A DNA stretch of 64,000 bases from positions 5,000-68,999 of the forward strand of contig CAZGOA010000002.1 of the NCBI GenBank assembly GCA_964527425.1, written 5' to 3'. Of this stretch, positions 38,702 through 48,191 are shown piece after piece. This DNA is from an uncultured Gammaproteobacteria bacterium. Lineage in GTDB: Bacteria; Patescibacteriota; Microgenomatia; UBA10105; UBA927. Position 1 is the stretch's first letter; each line of letters opens with the position of its first letter. Below the pieces are notes generated by a model. That model had not been told where the DNA came from. It did not search any database and was given only the letters and a program-made list of their open reading frames with translations. The translations under genes were made by a program, and so were the position numbers.

Positions 38702-39094
38702 TCACCAAATCTCACACAATAATTCTCCGCCTATTCCTTTCTTTTGAGCATCTGTTCCGGTCATGATACCGGTTGATGTTGAAAGAATTGCTGTACCCAT
38801 ACCACCCAGTACTCTCGGAATGGCTGTGTGTGGCACATAGAATCTTCTTCCAGGTTTACTTTTACGTTTTACATCAGTAATTACTGATTTTTTATTTTCA
38901 TATTTTAAGGTTAGCAGTATCTTTTTTCTTGGCTGAGTAGTATCAACTTCAATTTTTGCGATATACCCTTCTTGAGCTAGAATTTTTGCCACTGCTTCTT
39001 TTATGTTTGAATGATCAATAAGAACGGTTGAACGTCCTGCCATAGAGGCATTTTTTATTCTTATTAACATATCTGCAATTGGATCAGAAACCAT
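38702..39094 (-). CDS. rpsH: 30S ribosomal protein S8
   Basis: MVSDPIADMLIRIKNASMAG... Confidence 0.95.
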   Translation of the reverse strand: MVSDPIADMLIRIKNASMAGRSTVLIDHSNIKEAVAKILAQEGYIAKIEVDTTQPRKKILLTLKYENKKSVITDVKRKSKPGRRFYVPHTAIPRVLGGMGTAILSTSTGIMTGTDAQKKGIGGELLCEIW

Positions 39095-39113
39095 ATATTT
39101 TATTCTCCTTCAT

Positions 39114-39299
39114 TTACCATGATGCTTTTACAACTCCTGGCAATTCTCCTTTGTGAGCCAGTTCTCTAAAACAGATTCGGCAAAGACCAAAATGGCGCAT
39201 ATAAGCACGTGCTCTTCCACAAAGGGAACAGCGGTTTCGTGCTCTTACCGAATATTTCTGTTTTTTTTCAAATTTGACTATATCTGATGTTTTTGCCAT
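39114..39299 (-). CDS. rpsN: 30S ribosomal protein S14, Zn-binding type Z (61 aa)
   Basis: ...[41 protein letters not shown]. Confidence 0.9.
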   Translation of the reverse strand: MAKTSDIVKFEKKQKYSVRARNRCSLCGRARAYMRHFGLCRICFRELAHKGELPGVVKASW

Positions 39300-39379
39300 A
39301 ACTTTAAACTTTTAAAATTCGAAAATTTAAATGCAACTTTGTTATATTTTTGTGCTTTTAGATTTCGGATTTAATTATA

Positions 39380-39925
39380 TTAATTTGTTTTTTCAAATGG
39401 TAATCCTAATAATTCTAATAAGCGTTTTGCTTGATCTTTATTAGGTGCTGTTGTTACAAACGTTATTTCAAATCCTCGAACTTTGTCTACCATTTGATAG
39501 TCGAGTTCTGGAAATATCGTTTGTTCTTTTAAACCAAGTGTGTAATTTCCCTGCTTATCAAATCCGTTAACTGAAATTCCTCTAAAGTCTCTCACACGTG
39601 GGAGTGCCACTGACGTAAGTCTTCTGAAAAAATCATACATTTTTTCTCTTCGCAAAGTTACTTTCAGACCAATCGGTTCACCTTCTCTTAGTTTAAATGT
39701 TGAAATTGAAACTCGTGCGTATGTCACTTGTGTTTTTTGACCAGTGATTGTTCCCAATTGTGAAGCCATTTTCTCAATTACTTTTTTGTCAGAAATTGCT
39801 TCGCCCATACCACAATTGATTACAATTTTCATCAATTTTGGCACTTGCATTGGGTTTTTTATTCCAAACTCTTTCATGAGAGCTGGTATAACTGTTTTTT
39901 TGTATGTATCAGGTAAATCGTTCAT
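39380..39925 (-). CDS. rplE: 50S ribosomal protein L5
   Basis: Position and sequence (…GLKVTLRREKMYDFFRRL…) typical of L5. Confidence 0.9.
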   Translation of the reverse strand: MNDLPDTYKKTVIPALMKEFGIKNPMQVPKLMKIVINCGMGEAISDKKVIEKMASQLGTITGQKTQVTYARVSISTFKLREGEPIGLKVTLRREKMYDFFRRLTSVALPRVRDFRGISVNGFDKQGNYTLGLKEQTIFPELDYQMVDKVRGFEITFVTTAPNKDQAKRLLELLGLPFEKTN

Positions 39926-39929
39926 ATAA

Positions 39930-40235
39930 TTATACGGCTTGACCGCTTCGTTTATTTACACGTGTTTTTTCTCCTTTGCTTAAGAGAAATCCTAAGCGTG
40001 TTGGTTTTTTTGTTTTTGCATCGTAAAAACTAACTTTACTGACATTAATCGGTTTGGTGATATCAATGATTCCACCCGGGTTTTTCTCGTCTCGTTTTTT
40101 CATGTGTCGCTTAAACATATTTATGCCCGTAACAAGTACAGTGTTTTCTTTTACAAACACTTTTTCAATTTTGCCTGTTTTTCCTTTGTCTTTTCCAGAC
40201 AAAACAATAACTGTGTCACCTTTTTTTAATTTCAT
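39930..40235 (-). CDS. rplX: 50S ribosomal protein L24
   Basis: MKLKKGDTVIVLSGKDKGKTGKIEKV... The start was set at the internal Met; the track ORF extends to 40277. Confidence 0.85.
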   Translation of the reverse strand: MKLKKGDTVIVLSGKDKGKTGKIEKVFVKENTVLVTGINMFKRHMKKRDEKNPGGIIDITKPINVSKVSFYDAKTKKPTRLGFLLSKGEKTRVNKRSGQAV

Positions 40236-40281
40236 AAATACATCCTTTAGACTTTTATATGGATTTGATAACGTCAAAACA

Positions 40282-40650
40282 TTACCAAACTTCCATAGCT
40301 AAACTTACAATTTTAGGATATTTATCTTTTAATTCTCGAGCAACTGGTCCAAAGACACGTGTTCCTCGTGGTGTTGGGTCTTCTCTGCTTGCAACTACAA
40401 CACCTGCATTATCGTCAAAACGGATATATGATCCATCTTGTCTGCGTACTTCTTTTCTTGTCCTCACAATTACTACTTTTACTAATTCGTCATCTTTTAC
40501 GATTCCGTTAGGATCTGCTTTTTGCACAATACATTGAACAATATCCCCAATGGATGCAATTTTTCGATTGCCACCATAGACATGGATAACAGCCATTTCT
40601 TTGACCCCTGAATTATCTGCTACTGATAATTTGCTTCTTAATTGAATCAT
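40282..40650 (-). CDS. rplN: 50S ribosomal protein L14
   Basis: [24 protein letters not shown]... Confidence 0.95.
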   Translation of the reverse strand: MIQLRSKLSVADNSGVKEMAVIHVYGGNRKIASIGDIVQCIVQKADPNGIVKDDELVKVVIVRTRKEVRRQDGSYIRFDDNAGVVVASREDPTPRGTRVFGPVARELKDKYPKIVSLAMEVW

Positions 40651-40928
40651 AATGTTACTTTCTCTAACACCTTAAAGTGTTTGGTTTTACTGATTGGTCT
40701 TGTTGAGATAAGTCGAACCATGTCTCCTTCAACAATGCCGTCTAATTCATTATGTGCTGCAATAACTTTTGATTTTCGTACTGGTTTTTTGTAAATAGGA
40801 TGAACGATAAATCGTTCTACTTTTACTTGAATCGTTTGTGCTGTTTTTGTTGACACAACTATACCATTTAATATTTTGCCAACATGCTGTTTTTTATTTG
40901 TTGATTTTATGGTTTGTTGTTTTTTCAT
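40647..40928 (-). CDS. rpsQ: 30S ribosomal protein S17
   Basis: ...[27 protein letters not shown]... Confidence 0.9.
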   Translation of the reverse strand: MKKQQTIKSTNKKQHVGKILNGIVVSTKTAQTIQVKVERFIVHPIYKKPVRKSKVIAAHNELDGIVEGDMVRLISTRPISKTKHFKVLEKVTL

Positions 40929-41128
40929 GCTAGTAATTCCTTTTGTCTTACAATAGTTTTAAGTTGTGCTATTTCAAGCCGTACGAGTCTTGCTTCTCTT
41001 ACGTTTTTAGACTGTTTAGTATAGCGCTCTCGAACAATCTGAGCAAGAGATTTTTCTTTTTCTGCTATACGCTTTTCTAATTCTTGTATTGTTTGTGATG
41101 TTGCTGAATCTAAGTCTTTTCGTTTCAT
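40925..41128 (-). CDS. rpmC: 50S ribosomal protein L29
   Basis: 67-aa helical protein between rplP and rpsQ: ...[27 protein letters not shown]... Confidence 0.85.
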   Translation of the reverse strand: MKRKDLDSATSQTIQELEKRIAEKEKSLAQIVRERYTKQSKNVREARLVRLEIAQLKTIVRQKELLA

Positions 41129-41131
41129 AGG

Positions 41132-41539
41132 TTATTCCTTAACAACAAATTTGCTTTTAACTGGCAATTTGGCTCCGGCAAGTCTCATTGCTTCTTTAGC
41201 CATTTCATTACTTACACCACTCATTTCAAACATCATGCGACCTGGTTTTACGACTGCAACATACTCATGCACATCACCTTTACCACTTCCCATACGTGTT
41301 TCCGGTGGTTTTTTGGTAACTGGTTTGTCTGGAAAAATCCGAATCCAGATTCTTCCACCTCGTTTGGTAAAATGAGACATTGCTCTTCGAGCCGCTTCAA
41401 TTTGGCGAGCATTTACCCAGCCAACTGTCGTTGCTTGAAGTCCGCATGTGCCAAAGTCAACTTCGTTGCCTTGTGTTGCTATCCCACGGCGTTTACCTCG
41501 GAATTGTTTTCTGTATTTGGTTCGTGCTGGTTGTAACAT
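41132..41539 (-). CDS. rplP: 50S ribosomal protein L16
   Basis: [36 protein letters not shown]... Confidence 0.95.
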   Translation of the reverse strand: MLQPARTKYRKQFRGKRRGIATQGNEVDFGTCGLQATTVGWVNARQIEAARRAMSHFTKRGGRIWIRIFPDKPVTKKPPETRMGSGKGDVHEYVAVVKPGRMMFEMSGVSNEMAKEAMRLAGAKLPVKSKFVVKE

Positions 41540-41612
41540 AAATACGTTATATGTTATGGGTTGTGAGTGTTAGTATGTATTATTTTCACAACACATCACT
41601 CATAACTCACAA

Positions 41613-42281
41613 CTAATTTGTACTCCTACATATCCATACTTTTACACCGATATATCCTGATTTGGTTAACGATGGTACGTGTGCAAAATCTACTTCTTCA
41701 CGGATAGTTGATAAAGGAATACTTCCCTGTTTGTAATTTTCGCGTCTGGCAATTTCTGCTCCTGCTATACGTCCGGAAAGTCCAATTTTAACTCCTTTTG
41801 CACCTGCTCCCATGACTCGCTCCAGCGCCTGATTGCATACTCTCTTTTGAGGCATGCGTCGAGCTAGCTGATCAGCGATACTGGTTGCTACTAAGAATGC
41901 GTTAAGATTGGGCTCTTTTACTGGCTCAACCGTTAACTCAATTCTCATTTTAGGTTGCTCTTTTGATGCTTTCTTCATTTTTGTTCGAATATCTCTTAAA
42001 TGAGCTTCAATAAACTTTTTGGTTTCTTCCAGTCCACTACCACCTCGTCCGATAACAATACCTGGTTTGGCAACATGAAGAATTATCCTCATTTTGTTTA
42101 TTGATCGTTCAATCTCTACCTGAGCTAACCCAGCAGACTTCAGTCTTTTTTGTAAGGCTTTTCGTAATGTTACGTCTTCCAGGAGCAATGTTTTATAGTC
42201 ACGACTATTGGCAAACCATCGTGATGTCCATGGAAACACTGTGAGCATTCTAAAACCTTTTGGATTAACTTTTTGTCCCAT
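41613..42281 (-). CDS. rpsC: 30S ribosomal protein S3
   Basis: MGQKVNPKGFRM... KH domain. Confidence 0.95.
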   Translation of the reverse strand: MGQKVNPKGFRMLTVFPWTSRWFANSRDYKTLLLEDVTLRKALQKRLKSAGLAQVEIERSINKMRIILHVAKPGIVIGRGGSGLEETKKFIEAHLRDIRTKMKKASKEQPKMRIELTVEPVKEPNLNAFLVATSIADQLARRMPQKRVCNQALERVMGAGAKGVKIGLSGRIAGAEIARRENYKQGSIPLSTIREEVDFAHVPSLTKSGYIGVKVWICRSTN

Positions 42282-42350
42282 ACGTTTTAATTATTGAAAT
42301 GCGAATTTCGAAATCTGAATTATATTGATTTCGTATTCCGTATTTCTTAT

Positions 42351-42689
42351 TTATGTTGTTGTTTTTTCCTCCAATATAACTCGTATATGTGTCATTCTCT
42401 TTTTATATCCATGAGCCATACCTCGAGATACGGCACGCCATCTTTTCATCATTGGACCACCCATAATTTCTATTTTTTTAATGAATAGTCCATTGGTTGA
42501 TGCATTTTTTTGTTTTGCATTAGAAAGTGCAGATTTAATAACCTTAGATAACGGAACTGCAGCAAACTTTGGTGTTGCAGACAAGGCTACTAACGCTTTT
42601 TCTGCATTCATGTTTCTGACTGCGTCGGCTACTAGCCTCACTTTTCGTGTGCTCATGTGTACATATTTTGCTGTTGCTTTGTATTCCAT
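42351..42689 (-). CDS. rplV: 50S ribosomal protein L22
   Basis: MEYKATAKYVHMSTRKVRLVADAVRNMNAEKALVAL... Confidence 0.9.
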   Translation of the reverse strand: MEYKATAKYVHMSTRKVRLVADAVRNMNAEKALVALSATPKFAAVPLSKVIKSALSNAKQKNASTNGLFIKKIEIMGGPMMKRWRAVSRGMAHGYKKRMTHIRVILEEKTTT

Positions 42690-42748
42690 ATATTAATTAT
42701 TCGTTATTTGTTACTATGCATAACATTTCACCCACAACTCACACCATT

Positions 42749-43033
42749 TTATGTCTTATCCATTGTTCTCTTTGTTACTTGTCCATGTCCTCTAAATGTT
42801 CTCGTTGGTGAAAATTCTCCAAGTCTGTGTCCAACCATTCCTTCGGTTATAAACACTTCTATGTGTACGCGACCATTGTAAATTGCAATTTTGTGTCCGA
42901 CAAATTCTGGAGGAATTTGTGATGCCCTTGACCATGTTTTAATAGCTGCTCTATCGCCGCCTTGTTTTTGCTTCATGATTTTTGCCATGAGCTTTTCATC
43001 AATAAATGGTCCTTTTTTGCTTGATCGTGCCAT
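42749..43033 (-). CDS. rpsS: 30S ribosomal protein S19
   Basis: [19 protein letters not shown]...[10 protein letters not shown]... Confidence 0.95.
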   Translation of the reverse strand: MARSSKKGPFIDEKLMAKIMKQKQGGDRAAIKTWSRASQIPPEFVGHKIAIYNGRVHIEVFITEGMVGHRLGEFSPTRTFRGHGQVTKRTMDKT

Positions 43034-43112
43034 ACTTTATAATTTTTTAAATTTCACAAACTATTCAAATAACATACTACTGTATTTGCTCAGTTTGAGA
43101 AATTTGTTTTGT

Positions 43113-43868
43113 TTACTTTCGTTTCTTTTTCCTTTCCATTATAAGTGAATCGCTATACTTTGTCGGTTTTCTTGTTTTCTTCCCTAAGGTTGGTTTACCC
43201 CATGGTGTTTTTGGAGATGGCATACCTATTCCGCTTCTTCCTTCTCCTCCTCCATGTGGATGACTTCCTGGATGTTGAGCAACTCCTCTGACTGTAGGTC
43301 TTATTCCCATAAGTCTTGCTCTTCCTGCTTTTCCGATAACTCTATTTTTCCATTCTACATTTCCTAGTTGTCCGATTGTCGCACGACAGATCGCTTTAAA
43401 CAAGCGCACTTCACTGGATGGAAGCTTGATTTGTACTGTGTCTCCTTCTTTTGAAAGGATCATAGCTACTCCTCCTGCACTTCTAATCATTTGAGCGCCT
43501 CGACCTGGTTTGATTTCTAAATTATGAATCATAGTACCAACAGGCATTGATCCAATTGGCATTGCATTGCCTACTTTTATGTCTGCTTGTTCACCTGAAA
43601 CGATTGTTGCACCTATTTTTAGGCCTACTGGGGCTAAAATATACCGTTTATCTCCATCTGCATAATGAACTAATGCAATTTGACTGCTTCGATTAGGATC
43701 GTACTCGATTGTCATAATTTTCCCTACCACTCCGTCTTTTGTTCTTTTCCAGTCTATTTCTCGGTAATAGCGTTTCTGTCTACCACCTTGATGACGGATT
43801 GAGATATGCCCTTGAGCATCTCGGCCCGATTTTTTCGGTAATATAGTTTTTAATCGTTTGTTTTGCAT
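43113..43868 (-). CDS. rplB: 50S ribosomal protein L2
   Basis: ...GRNNRGRITTRHRGGGHKRRYR-type N-terminus ([14 protein letters not shown]) and C-terminal HPHGGGEGR. Confidence 0.95.
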   Translation of the reverse strand: MQNKRLKTILPKKSGRDAQGHISIRHQGGRQKRYYREIDWKRTKDGVVGKIMTIEYDPNRSSQIALVHYADGDKRYILAPVGLKIGATIVSGEQADIKVGNAMPIGSMPVGTMIHNLEIKPGRGAQMIRSAGGVAMILSKEGDTVQIKLPSSEVRLFKAICRATIGQLGNVEWKNRVIGKAGRARLMGIRPTVRGVAQHPGSHPHGGGEGRSGIGMPSPKTPWGKPTLGKKTRKPTKYSDSLIMERKKKRK

Positions 43869-43872
43869 ACAC

Positions 43873-44172
43873 TTATCCCTGTTGTTGAGGTGTTACCTCA
43901 AACATGTCTAATTTTTGTCCTTTTTTTAGTTGTACTATTGTTTTTTTCCAATCTGGTTTCGTAATAGTATTCATTTTTTTCCCTACTCTTCTTACCTTAC
44001 CTGGCATTATTGATGTGCGAATATCAATGACATCTACGTTATATGCTTGTTTAAAATCGTTAATGATATCTTGTTTGCGTGCGTCTTTTGACACTACAAA
44101 TGTATACCAACCGCGGCTTGCGAGCGTTAAACTTTTTTCAGTAATGATTGGTCTTTGTATAATCGTTTTCAT
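43873..44172 (-). CDS. rplW: 50S ribosomal protein L23
   Basis: [36 protein letters not shown]... Confidence 0.9.
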   Translation of the reverse strand: MKTIIQRPIITEKSLTLASRGWYTFVVSKDARKQDIINDFKQAYNVDVIDIRTSIMPGKVRRVGKKMNTITKPDWKKTIVQLKKGQKLDMFEVTPQQQG

Positions 44173-44174
44173 AG

Positions 44175-44960
44175 TTAGTTCTTCGATAATTCTTGTACTG
44201 CTTCTTTTGAAAAAATAATGTACTTGTGATGCATGACGGCATATGTATTAACATCGGAAACAGGTAATACATCTACATACGTAATATTTCTCATTGCTCT
44301 GCGGATTACTAATTCATCTTTTGCAAGAAGAACTAATGTTTTTCCTGTTATTTCTATCTGGTTCAATAATTGCACGAAGGCTTTTGTTTTTAATTCCAGT
44401 TTATTCATGTTTTCTACAATCTTGATAGATCCTTCGTTATATTGAAGTGTTAATGCACTTGAAAGCGCTCTTGTTTTCATTTTTTTCGGTAATTCAAGCC
44501 TAAAAGAATGTGGTACTGGTCCTAAGGCTTTTCCTCCTCCTACAAAAATAGGAGCTCGAATGTTACCGTGTCGTGCGTTTCCGGTGCCTTTTTGTTTAAA
44601 TATTTTTCTCGATGACCCTTCTACTTGACCTCGAGTTTTGGCTGAAGCACTTCCTTCGCGTTGATTTGCAAGATACACGCGTACTGCTTGGGCAATGAGC
44701 TGCTTATTAATTTTTGCTGCAAAGTACTGTTCTGGTAATGTAAGGGTTCCTGTCTTTGCTCCTTTTATGTCATATACTTCTGTAGAAAGTCCTTTTGATT
44801 TCGTAACTTTTTTCTCTTCTTTTACAGCCATATCAGTTGCAACTGCTTCTTTTTTTACTTTTGAAGCTGTTGGTTTTGAAGCTACTTTTGTCGCTTTTTG
44901 TGTTTTGTTTTCTTTGGTAGCTTTTGGCTTGCCTGATGTAGTGTTTGCTGTTTTTGTCAT
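44175..44960 (-). CDS. rplD: 50S ribosomal protein L4 (about 55-aa Lys/Thr-rich N-terminal extension)
   Basis: Core ...KQKGTGNARHGNIRAPIFVGGGKALGP... preceded by MTKTANTTSGKPKATKENKTQKATK... Confidence 0.9.
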   Translation of the reverse strand: MTKTANTTSGKPKATKENKTQKATKVASKPTASKVKKEAVATDMAVKEEKKVTKSKGLSTEVYDIKGAKTGTLTLPEQYFAAKINKQLIAQAVRVYLANQREGSASAKTRGQVEGSSRKIFKQKGTGNARHGNIRAPIFVGGGKALGPVPHSFRLELPKKMKTRALSSALTLQYNEGSIKIVENMNKLELKTKAFVQLLNQIEITGKTLVLLAKDELVIRRAMRNITYVDVLPVSDVNTYAVMHHKYIIFSKEAVQELSKN

Positions 44961-44963
44961 AGG

Positions 44964-45587
44964 TTAATTTGTTTTGGTCATTTTTACTAAACTTTGTTTT
45001 GCTCCGGGTATAAGTCCTTTAACTGTAATAGTGCTTTTTTCGGAATTAATTGCAACGATTTTAAGTCCCTTTATGGTTATTGTGTCATTACCCATTCTCC
45101 CGGCCATTCTCAGTCCTGGATATACTCTTCCTGGTGTGGTACCGGCTCCTATTGATCCTGGAGCTCTCCATCTGTCGCTTTGTCCGTGTGTTTTTGGTCC
45201 GCCAGAAAATCCATGTCGTTTTACGACTCCGGCAAATCCTTTTCCTTTGGATACTCCTGTTATAGTTAGCGTATCTCCAACAGTGAACACCTCTTCTGGT
45301 TTTACTTCTTTACCTGCTGTTATTGTTTCATCGAACTCTTGTGTATTGGATAAACGTAAAAAGCGGGGTGCTTTCTCGACTCCCGCTTTTTTCATAATGC
45401 CTTGAATTGGTTTTGTTGTTTTTCGTTTGTTTCCAATTGCAAGAAGATATCCTTTTGATTGACTATCATTGACGATACGAGCCACGACTGTAGGCTCTAT
45501 TGATATATGAGTTACTGCAATTTGAGTACCGTCCTCCTGAAAGAGTCGGCTTTGGCCTAATTTGAATCCGAATAGTGTTGTAATCAT
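44964..45587 (-). CDS. rplC: 50S ribosomal protein L3
   Basis: MITTLFGFKLGQSRLFQEDGTQIAVTHISIEP... and ...KGKGFAGVVKRHGFSGGPKTHGQS... Confidence 0.95.
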   Translation of the reverse strand: MITTLFGFKLGQSRLFQEDGTQIAVTHISIEPTVVARIVNDSQSKGYLLAIGNKRKTTKPIQGIMKKAGVEKAPRFLRLSNTQEFDETITAGKEVKPEEVFTVGDTLTITGVSKGKGFAGVVKRHGFSGGPKTHGQSDRWRAPGSIGAGTTPGRVYPGLRMAGRMGNDTITIKGLKIVAINSEKSTITVKGLIPGAKQSLVKMTKTN

Positions 45588-45595
45588 ATTTAACC

Positions 45596-45623
45596 AAAAA
45601 AAGAGACCTCAGGTTTTGAGGTC
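45596..45623 (-). terminator. Hairpin plus U7 tract (intrinsic-terminator-like) ending 8 nt before the rplC start codon
   Basis: Minus-strand RNA: AGACCUCA-AAACC-UGAGGUCU (perfect 8-bp stem), then CUUUUUUUGG, then UUAAAU AUG of rplC. Confidence 0.5.
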
Positions 45624-45873
45624 TTTGTACTCAATTACCCGAGACTTTTGGTATTCACTTACTTTTTACTGGCAAAGTAATGTTCATGAATTTCACAATT
45701 ATACCAGAGTATCTCTTTAAGTTCAATTTCTATTTTTTCGTATCAATGTTTAGCGAATAGGTAAATATTATATCAAACTCTTGAACTTTTGTCTCTAGGA
45801 TAGTATTTCCTGAAAATGCAGCTAAAATAGTATATTTATTCATATCCTTTTTTATCGTTGTAAACAGTTATTT

Positions 45874-46392
45874 TTATTTAGATATTTCTGAAATATAGTG
45901 ACTTGCAGCACTAATACAGTTAGTTAATACCGACAATAACTCTCTATCCTTGGAATCGTTCATATGATCTGCGTTAAATTCGCCATTACGTTGAACAAAC
46001 GTTGCTGTTGATCCTGACAGTTTGACCGTTGCTGATTGCATATTTTCACCATTAAAACGAATTGTGACTTTGAATAACTCTGTAGGAGTAGGACTTACTT
46101 CTTGAATGAGGGTAGTACGAGTATGTGTAGGACCTGCAATATTTGTACCTGTGATGTTCACTTCTGTAAACACTTGTAAACTGCCATTATTATCTTTGAG
46201 TTTATCTTGCACTGCTATAACGAGCAGTTGTGGAGCTGAGTCTAGAATATGTTGTTGAGGATTACGAACGCGGATAACATCTTTTGGAATTCCGGAACTA
46301 TCACTAGATCTACTCCATGTGATTTGCTCTTCACCATTTTTTACCAGTATAGGATTTTGATTATCGATGCTTCTTAGTTGTTCAACTAGCAT
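45874..46392 (-). CDS. Hypothetical protein (172 aa) inserted between rpsJ and rplC
   Basis: ORF on the operon strand. No signal peptide or TM. No SD upstream of the ATG. No motif recognised. Confidence 0.4.
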   Translation of the reverse strand: MLVEQLRSIDNQNPILVKNGEEQITWSRSSDSSGIPKDVIRVRNPQQHILDSAPQLLVIAVQDKLKDNNGSLQVFTEVNITGTNIAGPTHTRTTLIQEVSPTPTELFKVTIRFNGENMQSATVKLSGSTATFVQRNGEFNADHMNDSKDRELLSVLTNCISAASHYISEISK

Positions 46393-46502
46393 ATGAGTAC
46401 AAAATTACATTACTGTTTGAAGAAAAGGATTGTATGTTGTTTTCACCTGGAAAGACTACTTGGGGAAGCTTGTTTTGTATTTCCCATCTTCTTCTTTCCA
46501 TA

Positions 46503-46811
46503 TTACATTTTAATTTCTACATCAACTCCTGCAGGGAGATCTAAATGCATCAGTTGATCAATCGTTTTATCTGTAGGTTCTAGAATATCAATTAATCGTT
46601 TATGTGTTTTGAGGAGAAAGTCTTCTCGACTATTGCGGTCAATAAACGTACTTTTAGCAACATTAAAATGTTGTTTATCGGTTGGAAGGGGAACAGGTCC
46701 AACAACACGTGCACCAGTTCGGACTGCTGTGTCAAGAATTTTTTGACAACAATCGTCTATGACTCTGCTGTCGTATGCTTTTAAACGTACTCTGATTCTT
46801 CCTTTTGGCAT
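46503..46811 (-). CDS. rpsJ: 30S ribosomal protein S10
   Basis: MPKGRIRVRLKAYDSRVIDDCCQKILDTAVRTGARVVGPVPLPT... The start was set at the internal Met; the track ORF extends to 46862. Confidence 0.9.
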   Translation of the reverse strand: MPKGRIRVRLKAYDSRVIDDCCQKILDTAVRTGARVVGPVPLPTDKQHFNVAKSTFIDRNSREDFLLKTHKRLIDILEPTDKTIDQLMHLDLPAGVDVEIKM

Positions 46812-46888
46812 GATGGTAATTGTTTGGCAGGTCTTTAGTGTTTTGAGGGCTTTGCTCTTCATGCAAAGCCCTCTTTATCATAAAAATC

Positions 46889-48076
46889 TTAGCTTAATAC
46901 TTTGGCAACTACTCCCGCTCCTACTGTTCGGCCACCTTCACGGATAGCAAATCGCATTCCGTCCTCTAAGGCAACTGGCGTGATAAGGGTTACTACCATT
47001 TTGGTATTGTCTCCTGGCATAACCATTTCAACTCCTTGTGGAAGTTCGATTTCTCCAGTTACGTCAGTTGTACGGATATAGAACTGTGGTCTGTATCCTT
47101 TAAAAAATGGCGTGTGTCGTCCACCTTCTTCTTTTGCAAGAATATATACTTCTGCATCGAATTTGGTATGTGGCTTAACAGACCCTGGTGCAGCCAAAAC
47201 TTGTCCGCGCTCAACTTGGTCTTTTTCAACTCCTCGGAGTAATACTCCGACGTTATCACCTGCTTGTCCCTGATCTAAGAGTTTTCTAAACATTTCAACA
47301 CCAGTTACAACAGTTGATTGTGTTGCTTTGATACCGACAATTTCAATAGTGTCGTTGACCTTTACTACTCCTCTTTCTACTCGGCCGGTAACAACTGTTC
47401 CTCGACCTTTGATAGAGAAGACGTCTTCAACTGGCATTAAGAATGGTTTATCAAGTTCACGGGTTGGAGTTGGGATGTATTCATCAACCGTATCCATAAG
47501 CTTGAGGATTGCTGCTTCTGCTTCGGCATCACCTTCAATTGCTTTGAGTGAACTTCCACGGATAACTGGAACAGTATCTCCTGGGAAACCATATTTCGTT
47601 AAGAGTTCACGAACTTCCATTTCGACTAAGTCGAGGAGTTCTTTATCTTGAACCATATCGCATTTGTTCATGTAGACAACGATAGCTGGAACTGCAACTT
47701 GCTTTGCCAAGAGAATATGTTCTCTGGTCTGTGGCATAGGACCATCTGGAGCGGAAACAACAAGAATTGCACCATCCATTTGAGCAGCTCCGGTGATCAT
47801 GTTTTTGATGTAGTCTGCATGACCAGGGGCATCTATATGAGCGTAGTGTCTGTTTTTTGTTTCATATTCTGAATGATGAATGTTAATTGTGACTCCACGA
47901 GCTTTTTCTTCAGGTGCATTGTCGATTTCATCGTATTTTAGCGCTTTAGCAAGACCTTGTTTTGCAAGTACTTGTGTAATAGCTGAAGTTGTTGTGGTTT
48001 TACCATGATCAACGTGACCAATGGTTCCAATATTTAAATGTGGTTTAGAACGATCAAATTTTTGTTGATCTGCCAT
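46889..48076 (-). CDS. tuf: Elongation factor Tu
   Basis: ...[24 protein letters not shown]... The start was set at MADQQKF; the track ORF extends to 48115. Confidence 0.95.
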   Translation of the reverse strand: MADQQKFDRSKPHLNIGTIGHVDHGKTTTTSAITQVLAKQGLAKALKYDEIDNAPEEKARGVTINIHHSEYETKNRHYAHIDAPGHADYIKNMITGAAQMDGAILVVSAPDGPMPQTREHILLAKQVAVPAIVVYMNKCDMVQDKELLDLVEMEVRELLTKYGFPGDTVPVIRGSSLKAIEGDAEAEAAILKLMDTVDEYIPTPTRELDKPFLMPVEDVFSIKGRGTVVTGRVERGVVKVNDTIEIVGIKATQSTVVTGVEMFRKLLDQGQAGDNVGVLLRGVEKDQVERGQVLAAPGSVKPHTKFDAEVYILAKEEGGRHTPFFKGYRPQFYIRTTDVTGEIELPQGVEMVMPGDNTKMVVTLITPVALEDGMRFAIREGGRTVGAGVVAKVLS

Positions 48077-48191
48077 ATATCCTCCTATAAAATTTTGTAA
48101 TACCTTATTAGCCATCCTGCTATCAAACCATTTTTGAGGTGGTCTGATGGTGGGTTGGCTAAACGTTTATGAATAATGATAATATCACAGT

